Positions 9,850 to 20,041 of a stretch of 64,000 nt of DNA are shown here, piece after piece. The notes under the pieces are model-generated. The model did not search any database. It saw only the letters and a list, made by a program, of their open reading frames with translations, and was not told where the DNA came from. The stretch is from a virus (taxonomy: Duplodnaviria > Heunggongvirae > Uroviricota > Caudoviricetes): the IMG/VR virus record IMGVR_UViG_3300031555_003397. One strand, given 5' to 3'. How positions within the stretch are numbered: position 1 is the first letter of the stretch; the number at the start of each line of letters is the position of its first letter. Position numbers and translations under genes: made by a program.

Positions 9850-10230
9850 ATGACTAAGCGTGAATTTTTTGTTAAGGTATCCGAAGGCGAAATGACCGAG
9901 GAAATGAAGGACTTTGCTGTAGAGCAGCTGATCAAGATGGATGCTCAGCTGGCAGCTCGTAAGGGCAAGGTATCCGAGAAGGAACAGGCTAAGCGTGATG
10001 CAAATGAAGCACTGGCACGTCGTGTCGCTGCTGAAATTCTGGGCGCTGAAGCCAAGACTGCAACTGATGTTGCCGCTGAGCTGACCGAGATGCTGGGCGA
10101 GGAAATCAAGGTTCAGAAGGCAAGCTCCCTGTGCCGTAAGGCTGTTGAGCTGGGCCTGGCTGTCCAGACTGAGGTTAAGATTCCCAAGAAGGGAACTCAG
10201 AAAGCTTACACCGCTGTTGCGGCTGAGTGA
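9850..10230 (+). CDS. Hypothetical early protein, paralog B (126 aa)
   Basis: Paralog of 6838-7230. Tandem promoters at 9640-9790. Confidence 0.5.
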   Translation: MTKREFFVKVSEGEMTEEMKDFAVEQLIKMDAQLAARKGKVSEKEQAKRDANEALARRVAAEILGAEAKTATDVAAELTEMLGEEIKVQKASSLCRKAVELGLAVQTEVKIPKKGTQKAYTAVAAE

Positions 10231-10249
10231 GTTGTCTCAAGTGAATTGT

Positions 10250-11090
10250 CCCCTAGACCTACGGGTCTAGGGGATTTTTCTTTGTGTATAAACTTATGCG
10301 GCGCCCGTCACGTCAAATTTTCATTGGTGTCAAGTTTTCACAATTTTTCGTATAAGAAAGACCGCCACTCGTTCGGCCTTGAGTGACGGTCATGGTAAGT
10401 AAAGGAATTGCCAATGATGGGTAAGGGAGGTAAGAAAAAAGCAATTCCAATACATATAAATAAATTTGTAAGGGAGCTGTGATTTAAGTGTTATTTATGC
10501 TCCCTTCTAATTATAAGTATACTTATAATTTGATGTATATAAAAATTTGCGCCAGGAACAAATTAAAACAAATTCAAATAACTCACTATCTAACAAGCCG
10601 CCATCGTGCACGACGAGGTCTCCTCTGACTTTTACGAGGCCACATTACGAGCTGGACTTGCGGGCCCATGCCCAATAAATATACGTATAATTATAAGTGG
10701 AGGTGTCCTCCTGCTGTACCAGCTGCGGTACGGACGGGCCGGATTGAGGTCCTTTAAATGTACGTATATATGTACATTTATATGTACAAGAAGATGTACG
10801 TACGGGCCGAGTACGTGGCTACGCCAGCTGCAACTAGCCCTTTAAATATAAGATAAATTATACATATACTTATAAGTAGAAGTACAAGTTGCGGAGTACC
10901 TTGCGGTACCCTTTTAATTATAAGTATATTTATAAGTTTACTTACATTTTAAATGTGTAAATTGTCCATCAGTTGCTACAGAATTTTCAGAAAATTTTTA
11001 TATGCCAAAATTCAGTCCTCAAATAAATTGCCTTATTTTACGATAATTTGACTTAAATTATAGAAAATTCTAGAAAATATTTGGAGGTCT
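10250..11090. repeat. Strand-switch intergenic region with AATTATAAGTA repeats and GTACGTAC-type palindromes (candidate origin or regulatory hub)
   Basis: No ORF. AATTATAAGTA at about 10509, 10688, 10857 and 10915. Palindromic tgtacgtatatatgtaca at 10759-10776. Confidence 0.4.
10509..10530. repeat. Perfect 22-bp palindrome AATTATAAGTATACTTATAATT
   Basis: Directly read. Part of the AATTATAAGTA repeat family. Confidence 0.8.
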
Positions 11091-11095
11091 AATCA

Positions 11096-11251
11096 ATGAC
11101 TAATAAAAAATATCAAGTTCAAACCTATGTAGACTGCGCAACCAAAGAAAAAATTGACCAACTTTGCGCCAAATATCAAGAAAGTGTTAGTTCAATTATG
11201 CGGCGCGCAATCATCAAATTCTTAGAACAGGAGGACAAAAATAATGCTTGA
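11096..11251 (+). CDS. Ribbon-helix-helix (CopG/Arc-like) DNA-binding protein (51 aa)
   Basis: RBS ggagg. RHH-like motif SVSSIMRRAIIKFL. Confidence 0.45.
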   Translation: MTNKKYQVQTYVDCATKEKIDQLCAKYQESVSSIMRRAIIKFLEQEDKNNA

Positions 11252-11671
11252 TTTTAATAATCATGGAATTAAAAGTGGCATTTACTCCATAAGTATTGAT
11301 GGCAGAGTGGTATATATAGGGTAGAGCGCTGACCTATATGGTCGTGCTCTTTCTCATCGTTATAATATTTTAAATAGCCAAGAATTGTGGTATCCTCTTA
11401 TGAAAAACTTTCTTGAAAGAGGTCACGAAATATCTTTTAATATCATAGAAAGTGTAAATCCTAAAAATCTAAAACAAAAAGAAAGAGATTATATATTTCT
11501 ATACTAGCCTTTATTCAATCAACAACTTTCAACCAATAATCAAAGAATTCCTTGTAATTACCTTGAAGCTATTCAGACTCTAAAATTAAAACAACAACCA
11601 TATTTAGGAATTGAGACAATTCAAAAAGAAGAATTAGCTAAAGCAAAAGGCTGGTTTGGTGAAATTAATTG
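11244..11671 (+). CDS. GIY-YIG homing endonuclease; 2 in-frame TAG
   Basis: GIYSISIDGRVVYIG*SADLYGRALSH. TAG sits where the YIGQS consensus has Gln. Confidence 0.5.
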
Positions 11672-11854
11672 ATTCGGCGCGAACAGCATCAACCGACAGG
11701 ATTTTTGGAAAAATTTTCGGGTTCGCGCCAATTGATACAAAAACTAAATGAAGTCATCATTAGTGACAAGATAACGCTATATCCTTCATCTTTTTCCAGA
11801 AAATCTTTTACTTTATAAGCTGCGCCGCAGTAAACTTTTCCATACAACTCCTCC

Positions 11855-12124
11855 TTAACGACCTTCCCATACCATAGCTGTACCATCTGGATTAAGCATC
11901 ACAGTAAAACCAGAGCCACTGTAGGCGTATAATACATTGTTGCCTTTGTGACGATAAACATTACAATCGTCATAAGTAGTCACTCGTTCAAACAAAGTTC
12001 CACCATAGGAATCATATCCAGGACCTGGTCGTCCACAAGAACTCAGAAACACACTTAGACACGTACACAGCGCCAAAGCAATAAAAATAACCAAAATTTT
12101 ATAGCCAACTTCTCTCCAAGTCAT
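11855..12124 (-). CDS. Putative lipoprotein (89 aa)
   Basis: Signal peptide plus lipobox LSSC. Confidence 0.4.
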   Translation of the reverse strand: MTWREVGYKILVIFIALALCTCLSVFLSSCGRPGPGYDSYGGTLFERVTTYDDCNVYRHKGNNVLYAYSGSGFTVMLNPDGTAMVWEGR

Positions 12125-12427
12125 TTACCACAGCTCCCTCCAAATTATCTTCCAAACAAAAGCACTTCTACTATCAACAACATGATAACCATCATCAATA
12201 AGTCGCTGCTTAACAATTTCCTTTACACCATCTGAAAAGGAACTATGGCGCCAAAGAATTTCAGAACCACCATGACTAGCAACTTCTCGAATCCCCTTGT
12301 ACATTTCCTGCAACACATTCTCAACTAGAGAATCCTCAATAGGAATCGCGCGAGCCTGTGCCGCAGTTAAACGTTCGGGTTTGCGCTCAGATTTTTTGGA
12401 AAAACTTTTCATAAATCTCCTCACCAC
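12125..12427 (-). CDS. Hypothetical protein
   Basis: ORF, translationally coupled to its neighbours. Confidence 0.35.
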   Translation of the reverse strand: MVRRFMKSFSKKSERKPERLTAAQARAIPIEDSLVENVLQEMYKGIREVASHGGSEILWRHSSFSDGVKEIVKQRLIDDGYHVVDSRSAFVWKIIWRELW

Positions 12428-12675
12428 TTAAAAATAAGGCCACACCACTCACGCTTTACTTCAAAGCCTTTGAGTTCAAAATGTTCTATCACCTTGTTCC
12501 AAACATATTGTTCTTTTGACCAAAGGTCAACACGTGCTTCACGATAACCATACTTAGCATAGGTACGAATTTGTTCATTACACTGCTTGATTTTGCTATC
12601 AACAAAATCATCCCAGTTTACGCCTGCTACAATTCCTCTCGCTTCTACTGCACTAATATCTTTACGATCAAACAC
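12421..12675 (-). CDS. Hypothetical protein
   Basis: ORF. Confidence 0.35.
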   Translation of the reverse strand: MFDRKDISAVEARGIVAGVNWDDFVDSKIKQCNEQIRTYAKYGYREARVDLWSKEQYVWNKVIEHFELKGFEVKREWCGLIFKW

Positions 12676-12676
12676 T

Positions 12677-12937
12677 TTACCACCTCACTATAATTCGGTC
12701 TGCGCTGTAATCATATTCAGCGGAATAACCATCTTCTTTAAGAGTGTTAAGAACATTGACAATACTGTTGCCTAAAAAAGAAGAAGTGTTAATATAAACA
12801 AAATTTTTATTAGCTACTGCTGCACCTTTAATATTTCGATAAGTATAATTTAACAATATTTCATATCCAGAAAATGTTTTCTTTGAAGGCATCATAGCTC
12901 TTGCTTGTTCTGCAGTAAAACGCTTTATTTCAGCCAT
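12677..12937 (-). CDS. Hypothetical protein
   Basis: ORF. Confidence 0.35.
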   Translation of the reverse strand: MAEIKRFTAEQARAMMPSKKTFSGYEILLNYTYRNIKGAAVANKNFVYINTSSFLGNSIVNVLNTLKEDGYSAEYDYSADRIIVRW

Positions 12938-13132
12938 TTATCCATGCTCCTTTCCACAATAAGGACAGAATCGAGGACTTACTACAAAACCATCAATCTG
13001 CGCGCCACAGTCTCTACACTTAAAGCCATAGTCAACTCTGATGGGACGAGGCTTGACCTCTTCCCAACCTTTGCCTTTTGCTTTAGCAGCACTAAAACCT
13101 AATTCATGATTTTCACTCAACATCATTTTCAC
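12938..13132 (-). CDS. Small zinc-ribbon protein
   Basis: CRDCG...CPYCG. Confidence 0.4.
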   Translation of the reverse strand: MKMMLSENHELGFSAAKAKGKGWEEVKPRPIRVDYGFKCRDCGAQIDGFVVSPRFCPYCGKEHG

Positions 13133-13325
13133 TTACCGCCAATCTCCGAATAGGCTCAAACCATTCAACCTGAGAGCGCCAATATACATCTTCGTCACCA
13201 ATTAACATGAATCCAATATCACCGCTCTTCTCAACTTGATAAATCCAGACTACTCGGTTCATTAATCTATCACCAGGAAACATTTGGATTTTTGCTATCC
13301 AATGTTCATCACGTTTTACTTTCAA
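13113..13325 (-). CDS. Hypothetical protein
   Basis: ORF. Confidence 0.35.
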   Translation of the reverse strand: MKVKRDEHWIAKIQMFPGDRLMNRVVWIYQVEKSGDIGFMLIGDEDVYWRSQVEWFEPIRRLAVSENDVE

Positions 13326-13647
13326 GATTACCCTCCATTTTCATACGACGGCCACAATAAGGGCAATGTTTTGAAGGAAAAGATTTGCCGAAACTTTCAA
13401 GCGCAGACATTCTGCACCAGGAGCAACGCCAAATTGAGCCATCTAAAATCCATACGGCATTAAGTTCATCTTGTAAAGGCAAATCAAAAAGAATCTCCAT
13501 AAATTCACCTAAAGTTAAAGATGAATTCAAAGTTGCACCATTGCTTTTTTCATTCATTCTATTAACCATAAGCCTATAAAGTTCTCGTCTATCTACGAGA
13601 TCTTTCTTTTCTTCTTTAATCATCGTATTACCCACAAGAGAGTACAC
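13309..13647 (-). CDS. Zinc-ribbon protein
   Basis: CSWC...CPYCG. Confidence 0.4.
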   Translation of the reverse strand: MYSLVGNTMIKEEKKDLVDRRELYRLMVNRMNEKSNGATLNSSLTLGEFMEILFDLPLQDELNAVWILDGSIWRCSWCRMSALESFGKSFPSKHCPYCGRRMKMEGNLESKT

Positions 13648-13746
13648 AGGGCGCCAACTGCTACGAGAAAACCAAGACTTGTCAGTACGACAAAAGCCAA
13701 GCCACCCACACTTTCTTTCTTTCTATATTCATTTACATACTGAACT

Positions 13747-13992
13747 TCAATTCGCTCCATCTTTGTTCTCCTTTACGAACAATGGCTCACCGCACCAAGG
13801 GCAATGACGATAACACTTCAGTTCTTCAAGACTGTTGGGAATCTCATACCATTCTGCGCAAATAGGACAAATGATAAGCATCCTGGAATTATTGTAGGTG
13901 TTATTAACAATCCAATAATTCTTTTTACTCATAATCCTTTGCACACTCCTTACCATAGTCGGTAATCCAATAAATCTTCTGACCACGTTCAT
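13747..13992 (-). CDS. Zinc-ribbon protein
   Basis: CPIC...CPWCG. Confidence 0.4.
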   Translation of the reverse strand: MNVVRRFIGLPTMVRSVQRIMSKKNYWIVNNTYNNSRMLIICPICAEWYEIPNSLEELKCYRHCPWCGEPLFVKENKDGAN

Positions 13993-14179
13993 TTAAAGAG
14001 GAAGCGGCCACACCTTTCTGCGCCATCTTGCGCAGACTGGCTCCGATAGAGCCAGTAGAGTAGGAATCATCATAAAGACGGTTCATACAAGTGCGAACCT
14101 GCTGAGAGGACTGACAACCATACTGCGCGAGCACCTTATAGGTGAGCTTGTCGCAGGGAGAATAATGAACCTTTGCCAT
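13925..14179 (-). CDS. Hypothetical protein
   Basis: ORF. Confidence 0.35.
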   Translation of the reverse strand: MAKVHYSPCDKLTYKVLAQYGCQSSQQVRTCMNRLYDDSYSTGSIGASLRKMAQKGVAASSLNERGQKIYWITDYGKECAKDYE

Positions 14180-14462
14180 GATGTTACTCCTTTCTTAAAA
14201 AGTCCAAGGATGCATTTCAACGTAAAGCGGAATAAATCCAAAAAGAAACCAGCCCATACGATCACTATGCCGGCTATTTTTATATTTACGCCAATACTTT
14301 TTGACAATCATTCAATTACCTCCCAATCCACTTCATCATACTCGCCATCTTGAAATACCTCTTCTGCGGCAAGTATCTCTACCAACTCACGAATTTGTTC
14401 TTTGGTGATGTAGTCATCAACATCAACCATTAGGGATTTGGTATACTTAATTCGCAACTGTT

Positions 14463-14828
14463 TCATCGACATACCTCATAATAATAATCGCCATTTAACA
14501 AGCTCTTTAGCTTGTTCTCAGCACTAGCAATCTCATAATCATAATCACAGCTAGGGTCAGGGTCTTCGGCTCTTTCCACTTCCAGGTCTTTGATTATCTG
14601 CTTATAATGGCGATATCGCTTATAAACCCAACAGCCTTGGAATACACCTGCGCCAATAATGGTTAAAGCAATAAGCACAATTATCGCTGCTATTTCGCCA
14701 TAGGCTTTCATCAGTCCTTCACTGATTATTGCCAGTAACCAAATGGCTCCAACTAAAGCTCCAATGCACACAAACATTAGAAAGGCAGACACGAATCCTC
14801 TCCAAAAACCAGACCAAAAACCTTTCAT
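14463..14828 (-). CDS. Small membrane protein (2 TM)
   Basis: The likely start is ATG 14828 with RBS gaaggtgaagg. The track ORF starts further upstream. Confidence 0.4.
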   Translation of the reverse strand: MKGFWSGFWRGFVSAFLMFVCIGALVGAIWLLAIISEGLMKAYGEIAAIIVLIALTIIGAGVFQGCWVYKRYRHYKQIIKDLEVERAEDPDPSCDYDYEIASAENKLKSLLNGDYYYEVCR

Positions 14829-15115
14829 ACCTTCACCTTCCAAATCCAAGGCTTCTTCTGCCACTTCATCCAGATGATTGCGCCCCAACCATCGTTGAAA
14901 ATCTTACCGAAACACGCGACGTGCGCGCCATGAGACCAACTGATTTTCATATTAGTCCTCCATAAATTCAAAATCGCTCACTCACAGCAAGCTATTACAA
15001 ACCAAAACAACAACCAGCCAGATGAAACATCACACCAGCCTAACCAGTTACCTAGCAGGCAAAGTCCTAAAATCAACTCGCACATTTATTTTCCTCCCTC
15101 ATCTTTATAGATATA

Positions 15116-15150
15116 TTATACCACAAAATTTCAAAAATTTCAAATAAAAA
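15116..15150 (-). promoter_or_regulatory. Conserved promoter copy
   Basis: Plus strand tatattataccacaaaatttcaaaaatttcaaa. Confidence 0.45.
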
Positions 15151-15175
15151 GACCTCGAAGCCATACTTCGAGGTC
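15146..15175 (-). terminator. Rho-independent terminator hairpin
   Basis: GACCTCGAAG-loop-CTTCGAGGTC, then a T-run on the minus strand. Confidence 0.5.
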
Positions 15176-15180
15176 ATTGA

Positions 15181-15660
15181 TTATTTAGTTACTCCAACTA
15201 TCCAAACGTAAGTAACTCCAGCTTTATACTTACCAGATGATGCGCCCATACTAAATTGAGTAGAAGTTAAATAGGATGTACTATACAAACCTTTCGCGGC
15301 AGTAGTACCGTGAATATACATAACCTAACCAGTGGTTCCAGTTTTAATTCCCAAAGCGGAAACTAAATAGCCAGTGCCAACTGTCTAACCAGGTTTTGCA
15401 TAAATACAATAGAAATCTGGCTCTACTCCTAAATCATGGGTAATCTTAGTAGTTAAACCAGAAGCATCTGCAGTAGGAGTATATTCTCCAGTCTTGTAAA
15501 CAGAAAAAATTTCAGGGCCATCTCCACCCGTGGGTAGATTTAATATAAGATCCGCTGCCTCACCTGATTTTATTAAATCAGTCTAACCATTTTTTGCACG
15601 AATAGCGTCACAAATGTTTTGATAGTCTACGCCAGGCATCATAACCATTTCAGTCAAAGC
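15181..15660 (-). CDS. Structural (virion) protein candidate; 4 in-frame TAG
   Basis: Frame MALTEMVMMPGVDYQN... is open through four TAG codons to TAA 15181. Terminator hairpin 15146-15175. Confidence 0.45.
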
Positions 15661-16316
15661 CATTATGCGCCCACCTCCGCTACATTAGTAAACTAAGCAA
15701 GTTTAGCATCAATTAAACTGTTAATATGAGCATCAGTAGGAATCTCATCAGTCTTAGCATAACCTTCTGGAACAGTAGTTAAATAATTACCTTTTGGCTG
15801 GTAATTTGTTTGCACCCATTGTTCAGTAGCATAACCAGTTAAATCAACACTACCTCCACCACCAGATTCTGGTATATCAACTAATTCAGCAGCCATCTCC
15901 GCAATTTCTGCTTTGTCTGCATCAGTTAAAACATAGTCCTTACCATCGGTTCCATTAGTTCCATCAGTTCCATCTTTACCATCAAATTCGCCGCTTGCCT
16001 TAGCTTGCGCCAAAGCAGTATTTATAGCAGAATCAAGTTCAGTGGTGTCAAGCTTTTCCCCCAAGGCATCACCAACAGCTTTTGCATCTGCGGCTTTGCC
16101 CTATACTGATAAGGTTGTATCCAATTCTATTTGAACGGTGGGAGTTGTATCTATTTTAGATATCTATTCATCTGTATATCTATTAGCTGTAGTTATGGCA
16201 GCATCAATTTCAGTCTAAGTTATAAGAGTGGGCTTATTAGCCAAAGCATTATAATCATATTGCTCTACTCCAGTATCAGTCTAAAAACCTTGGATTGGAT
16301 TTTCAGCCATTATATC
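15650..16316 (-). CDS. Tail-fibre-like protein with collagen-like G-x-x repeat; in-frame TAGs
   Basis: Starts MAENPIQGF*TDTG. Contains DGKDGTDGTNGTDGKD. The track shows only the 15693-16064 fragment. The 3-prime end is approximate. Confidence 0.4.
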
Positions 16317-16390
16317 CCTCCTTTTATTTACTAAATAAAAGTGGTATTTCAATCATAATAATAAAGAAAAGAGGGATTGTAAAATCCCTC

Positions 16391-16918
16391 TTAGATATGG
16401 TCTGTCATTTCAGTGAAATACCAGATAAGTTCTTCGGCATATAGATTCATTGCTTCACGAACAGTTTCTTCGCTATCAAAAACTACGTCACCCAGCGCGA
16501 ACCAGTTACCGGTAACACCGTATTCAAGACACTGGTCAACATAATTATAAGTAATTGTGTATCCGCCTTCAAGCCGATTGATTGGCTCTTTGCGCTTTTC
16601 GACAGCAAAACGACGTAGATTTCTAATCAGAGCATCTCCACGTGCCATTTCATTGGCAACATATTCGCTTGAATAACAATTCGCCTTTTCATAAAGCAGA
16701 TCAAGCTGAGCCTTGCCAAGCTCATCAACCGTAAATTTCTGAACTCGTCCAAGAGCATCTTCGTAATAACAAGGCTCTCCATCCTGTGGCTTCTCCCAAC
16801 CAGTTCGTGGCTTATCAGAAATCATAGCCGCTGAAAGTTCAGCAATCTGTTCTTGAGTAAGAGTAATGGGAATTTTAATTTCCTGTCCTCCCACAATAAT
16901 TTGTAAATTAGTAACCAT
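16391..16918 (-). CDS. Hypothetical protein (175 aa)
   Basis: ORF with a consensus promoter upstream. Confidence 0.45.
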   Translation of the reverse strand: MVTNLQIIVGGQEIKIPITLTQEQIAELSAAMISDKPRTGWEKPQDGEPCYYEDALGRVQKFTVDELGKAQLDLLYEKANCYSSEYVANEMARGDALIRNLRRFAVEKRKEPINRLEGGYTITYNYVDQCLEYGVTGNWFALGDVVFDSEETVREAMNLYAEELIWYFTEMTDHI

Positions 16919-16978
16919 TTGAAATCTCCTTTTAGTTTATATGTATATTATACCATAAATTTGACGGGTTTTCAAATT

Positions 16979-17446
16979 TTAATTAGCCGCTTCTGCTTGA
17001 GAAATCATAAAGTCGATGATTGGCATTGCGATGTCCATGTCCACATATTTGGCGCGAAGTGCGGGCATTAGAGCCTTCATCATTCGACCCTTGTTCTTGC
17101 GACTAATGCCGATATTGTCCATATAAAGAATTTTAGTAATCAGATTCTCAATCTGAACTTCATCTTCAAGGACGGGAGGACAAAACTCACTTAGAATTTC
17201 CATCTGAGTTTCATACATGATACGAACTGCATGGCCTTCAGGCATCTGCTTAATGCCATCCTTAAGCATCTTACGATACTCAACAAGAGTATCATTTACA
17301 AGCTGCTCAGTCAACTCAATCTTCTTTTTGCCAGCAGTTTCCTTTGCGCGAGCCTTTGCAATAATGTCATTCAAAACCAGAAGGCGCTCGCTATTACCAT
17401 TCTTACGAGCAAGATTACGCTCTTGCTCTAGCATTTCAATTGTCAT
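16979..17446 (-). CDS. GatB/YqeY-domain protein
   Basis: Matches the YqeY pattern (LTEQLVNDTLVEYRKMLKD ... KNKGRMMKALMP). Confidence 0.55.
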   Translation of the reverse strand: MTIEMLEQERNLARKNGNSERLLVLNDIIAKARAKETAGKKKIELTEQLVNDTLVEYRKMLKDGIKQMPEGHAVRIMYETQMEILSEFCPPVLEDEVQIENLITKILYMDNIGISRKNKGRMMKALMPALRAKYVDMDIAMPIIDFMISQAEAAN

Positions 17447-17459
17447 AAATCATTCTCCT

Positions 17460-18212
17460 TTAATTCATAGCTTCGTCGATAATACCGGGAATCTCTCTAC
17501 GCAGGCCACGCTTAGGAGTATTCTCATTCTCATTCTTATTCAGCTTAGTCCAGTTCATCCAACCATAAATGCAGTTAGCAGTCCATGCGATATACATAGC
17601 AACCATAGACCAGTTACCAGCAACGAACCACATCTTGATGCACAGAAGGTCAATCAGAATCCACCATACCCACTGCTCACGATAACGCTTAACCATCATA
17701 ATCTGTGCGAACAGAGCCATAACATTGGTGGCGGCATCAGTATAAGCCTGCTCTGCACCCATATAAATCAGAACACGGCCAAACAGATAAGTGCCAATAG
17801 CAGTAGTGATAATAGATAGAATCCATTCAAACAAACCAAACTTCCGGGTCTTAACATCCTGGGTGCCGTCTTCATTTACGGTCATATTCTTGGCCCAAGC
17901 GTACATACCCCACAGCATGGTCACGATGTAGAACATCTGTTCAAATACTTCACCATAGAACTTATTCTGGAAAGCAAGCACAGTGTAAGTAAAGTTCTGG
18001 ATAAAACCAATAGGATACATCATCCATCGACCCTTAGCAGTCAAAACCACAGAAATACAACCGGCAATACCAGCAACCACACCATACCAAGAATCCGGCG
18101 CGACCACATAAACTAGAATCTGGAGCAGAACCATGCCCCACATAAACAGCTTTTCATACAGGGAGAAACCATCCCACATCTCACGCTTCAAATAATTAAA
18201 AGTTTTAGTCAT
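17460..18212 (-). CDS. pnuC: Nicotinamide riboside transporter PnuC
   Basis: 7-8 TM helices. PnuC-like motifs MYAWAKN, WVWWILID, WMNW. Adjacent to the NadR-like gene. Confidence 0.6.
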   Translation of the reverse strand: MTKTFNYLKREMWDGFSLYEKLFMWGMVLLQILVYVVAPDSWYGVVAGIAGCISVVLTAKGRWMMYPIGFIQNFTYTVLAFQNKFYGEVFEQMFYIVTMLWGMYAWAKNMTVNEDGTQDVKTRKFGLFEWILSIITTAIGTYLFGRVLIYMGAEQAYTDAATNVMALFAQIMMVKRYREQWVWWILIDLLCIKMWFVAGNWSMVAMYIAWTANCIYGWMNWTKLNKNENENTPKRGLRREIPGIIDEAMN

Positions 18213-18223
18213 ATTTTACTCCT

Positions 18224-18496
18224 TCACCAACTTATATAAACTTTCAAAACTTCTTTGTCATTCTCATAATGTTTGCCATGAGCCTGAACATAATAACCGA
18301 GGTCTTTTAAGATTTTTGCACAGTACGCACCATAAAGAGGCGGAATTCCAACGGTAATACAACTAAAACCATTCTGAGTGGACTGACGTATTTTCTCGTC
18401 TAAATTATCTTCCATCCAAGCTTCCGCCGCGACTTTGATATTGATTTCCTCTATACACTTACTATACATGGCGCGAGCTTCCTTTGCACCAATCAT
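18224..18496 (-). CDS. Hypothetical protein (90 aa)
   Basis: ORF. Confidence 0.4.
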   Translation of the reverse strand: MIGAKEARAMYSKCIEEINIKVAAEAWMEDNLDEKIRQSTQNGFSCITVGIPPLYGAYCAKILKDLGYYVQAHGKHYENDKEVLKVYISW

Positions 18497-19635
18497 CGTG
18501 CCATCACCTCTCGCACATACTTAACAACAGTCATAAAGTTCTCATAGTAGTCACCATTCAGAATAACTACTTTATCCCAGTTGCCAGACTCCTTGAGGTT
18601 CTTCACCAAAATCTCATACAGTTCCATGCGCTCTTTCATACCGGAATGAGCCATATAACGCTCATGGTCATCCACAAATACACCATGCGGCGCGATTAGG
18701 AAAATTTTATCCCAACGGCACTTTGCGGTGATTGCATCTGCCATGTTAGCAACCTGCTTGAACTCTTCCTCGGTCAGTGCGCAGATGGGGTCCTTTGCAT
18801 AATATTCAGCATACATACGAGTTACCATGGAGTCACTGTCTGCGAAGAAGATACCGTGATTACCAGGGGAATTGATGAGTTTTCGATTCAGATTGTACTG
18901 ACCTTCAAGGAAAGCCATATAATCTGCGCCGTCCAGCTCCCAGTCAATAACACAACTGTCCTTCATGTATTCACGAGCATACTCATAGCTGTAGGGAGCA
19001 TTAAAATACTTGCCGAGGTCAGTGGTCAGAGTAGACTTGCCTTCGGAAGCAGTACCGCAAATTAGAATGTTATGGCTGAATAAACGGCGGAAGGGAAAAG
19101 TAATCTTGTCCCAGTTTTTGATGGGATTCTGACGAATCATAGTAGCGCAGATGGGATTGTCAGCAACTCGATCAAGCAGAGTTGCTTCTTCGCCGCGCTC
19201 AATGAGGTCAGATACATAGTTGGGATCGCCTGCATACCAGTGACGCTTAGGATAATTCTTCCCCAAATAACGACTATAATCGTCATTGTAGGTCTCAACT
19301 ACTGCCTTTTTCCAAATCTTGTGGAACTCGCCTAACCACTGTTCCCAACCATCGGGATAAGGCTTCGCGCCAATCTCTCCATCATCGATGGCATAAACAG
19401 CAACCAGGTCATCGTCAGCGAAGAACTCACGCACATAACGGTATCTACGCTTCAGAGGCATCATCTCGCCGCCCTTGTCACCAGGGAAACCACATACAAT
19501 AACAATACAGCCGCCATCGTTTTCCTTCTTAGCGCGCATAATGCAGTCCAGGTGACCCTGGTGCAGAGGAGCAAAGGAACCAAAAACAACTCCAACTTTT
19601 TCGCCGCTCAGCGGCTTCTGATAACCGTGTAACAT
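18493..19635 (-). CDS. nadR: NadR-like bifunctional NMN adenylyltransferase / ribosylnicotinamide kinase
   Basis: HxGH nucleotidyltransferase motif GSFAPLHQGHL at the N-terminus. Walker A GTASEGKST in the C-terminal kinase domain. Confidence 0.65.
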   Translation of the reverse strand: MLHGYQKPLSGEKVGVVFGSFAPLHQGHLDCIMRAKKENDGGCIVIVCGFPGDKGGEMMPLKRRYRYVREFFADDDLVAVYAIDDGEIGAKPYPDGWEQWLGEFHKIWKKAVVETYNDDYSRYLGKNYPKRHWYAGDPNYVSDLIERGEEATLLDRVADNPICATMIRQNPIKNWDKITFPFRRLFSHNILICGTASEGKSTLTTDLGKYFNAPYSYEYAREYMKDSCVIDWELDGADYMAFLEGQYNLNRKLINSPGNHGIFFADSDSMVTRMYAEYYAKDPICALTEEEFKQVANMADAITAKCRWDKIFLIAPHGVFVDDHERYMAHSGMKERMELYEILVKNLKESGNWDKVVILNGDYYENFMTVVKYVREVMAR

Positions 19636-19647
19636 TTACTTTCCTCC

Positions 19648-19946
19648 TTAATGTCTTTCAACTACCAGATTATACTGATAAAGCTCGCCGTCAATCACAA
19701 AGGCAACACATACAACCCAAATATCAATACCAGGATTTTCAAAAGCTTCAACGATTTCTACACTGTGAAGAACGTTGAGGCCGGAGAGTAGAAAATCAAT
19801 TTCATCTTCAATAAAGAAATGAATTTCTTCGGGACCTACTTCATCATTTTCCTGTATCACTTCATGATAAGTTCTACGAATATAGTCTCCATCCTCAAAA
19901 CGTTCTACAACTTTAGAGATAGCTTCATTAACAAAATCAGCGGTAA
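19648..19946 (-). CDS. Hypothetical acidic protein (~99 aa)
   Basis: Start set at MITADF, just after the consensus promoter at 19976-20010. Confidence 0.4.
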
Positions 19947-19975
19947 TCATTTTCTTTTCTCCTCTCATCTTTATA

Positions 19976-20010
19976 GATATATTATACCACAAAATTTCAA
20001 AAATTTCAAA
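19976..20010 (-). promoter_or_regulatory. Conserved promoter copy
   Basis: Identical to the 15116 copy. Confidence 0.45.
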
Positions 20011-20040
20011 TAAAAAGAGTGTGTTTCTTAAAAACACACC
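20011..20040 (-). terminator. Rho-independent terminator hairpin
   Basis: GGGTGTGTTTTTAAGAAACACACTC plus a T-run on the minus strand. Confidence 0.5.
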
Positions 20041-20041
20041 C

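Noticed and set aside
14729-14965. Plus-strand ORF 14729-14965 and other plus-strand ORFs inside the minus-strand block
   Set aside because: They are antisense to better-supported minus-strand genes with promoters and RBS.
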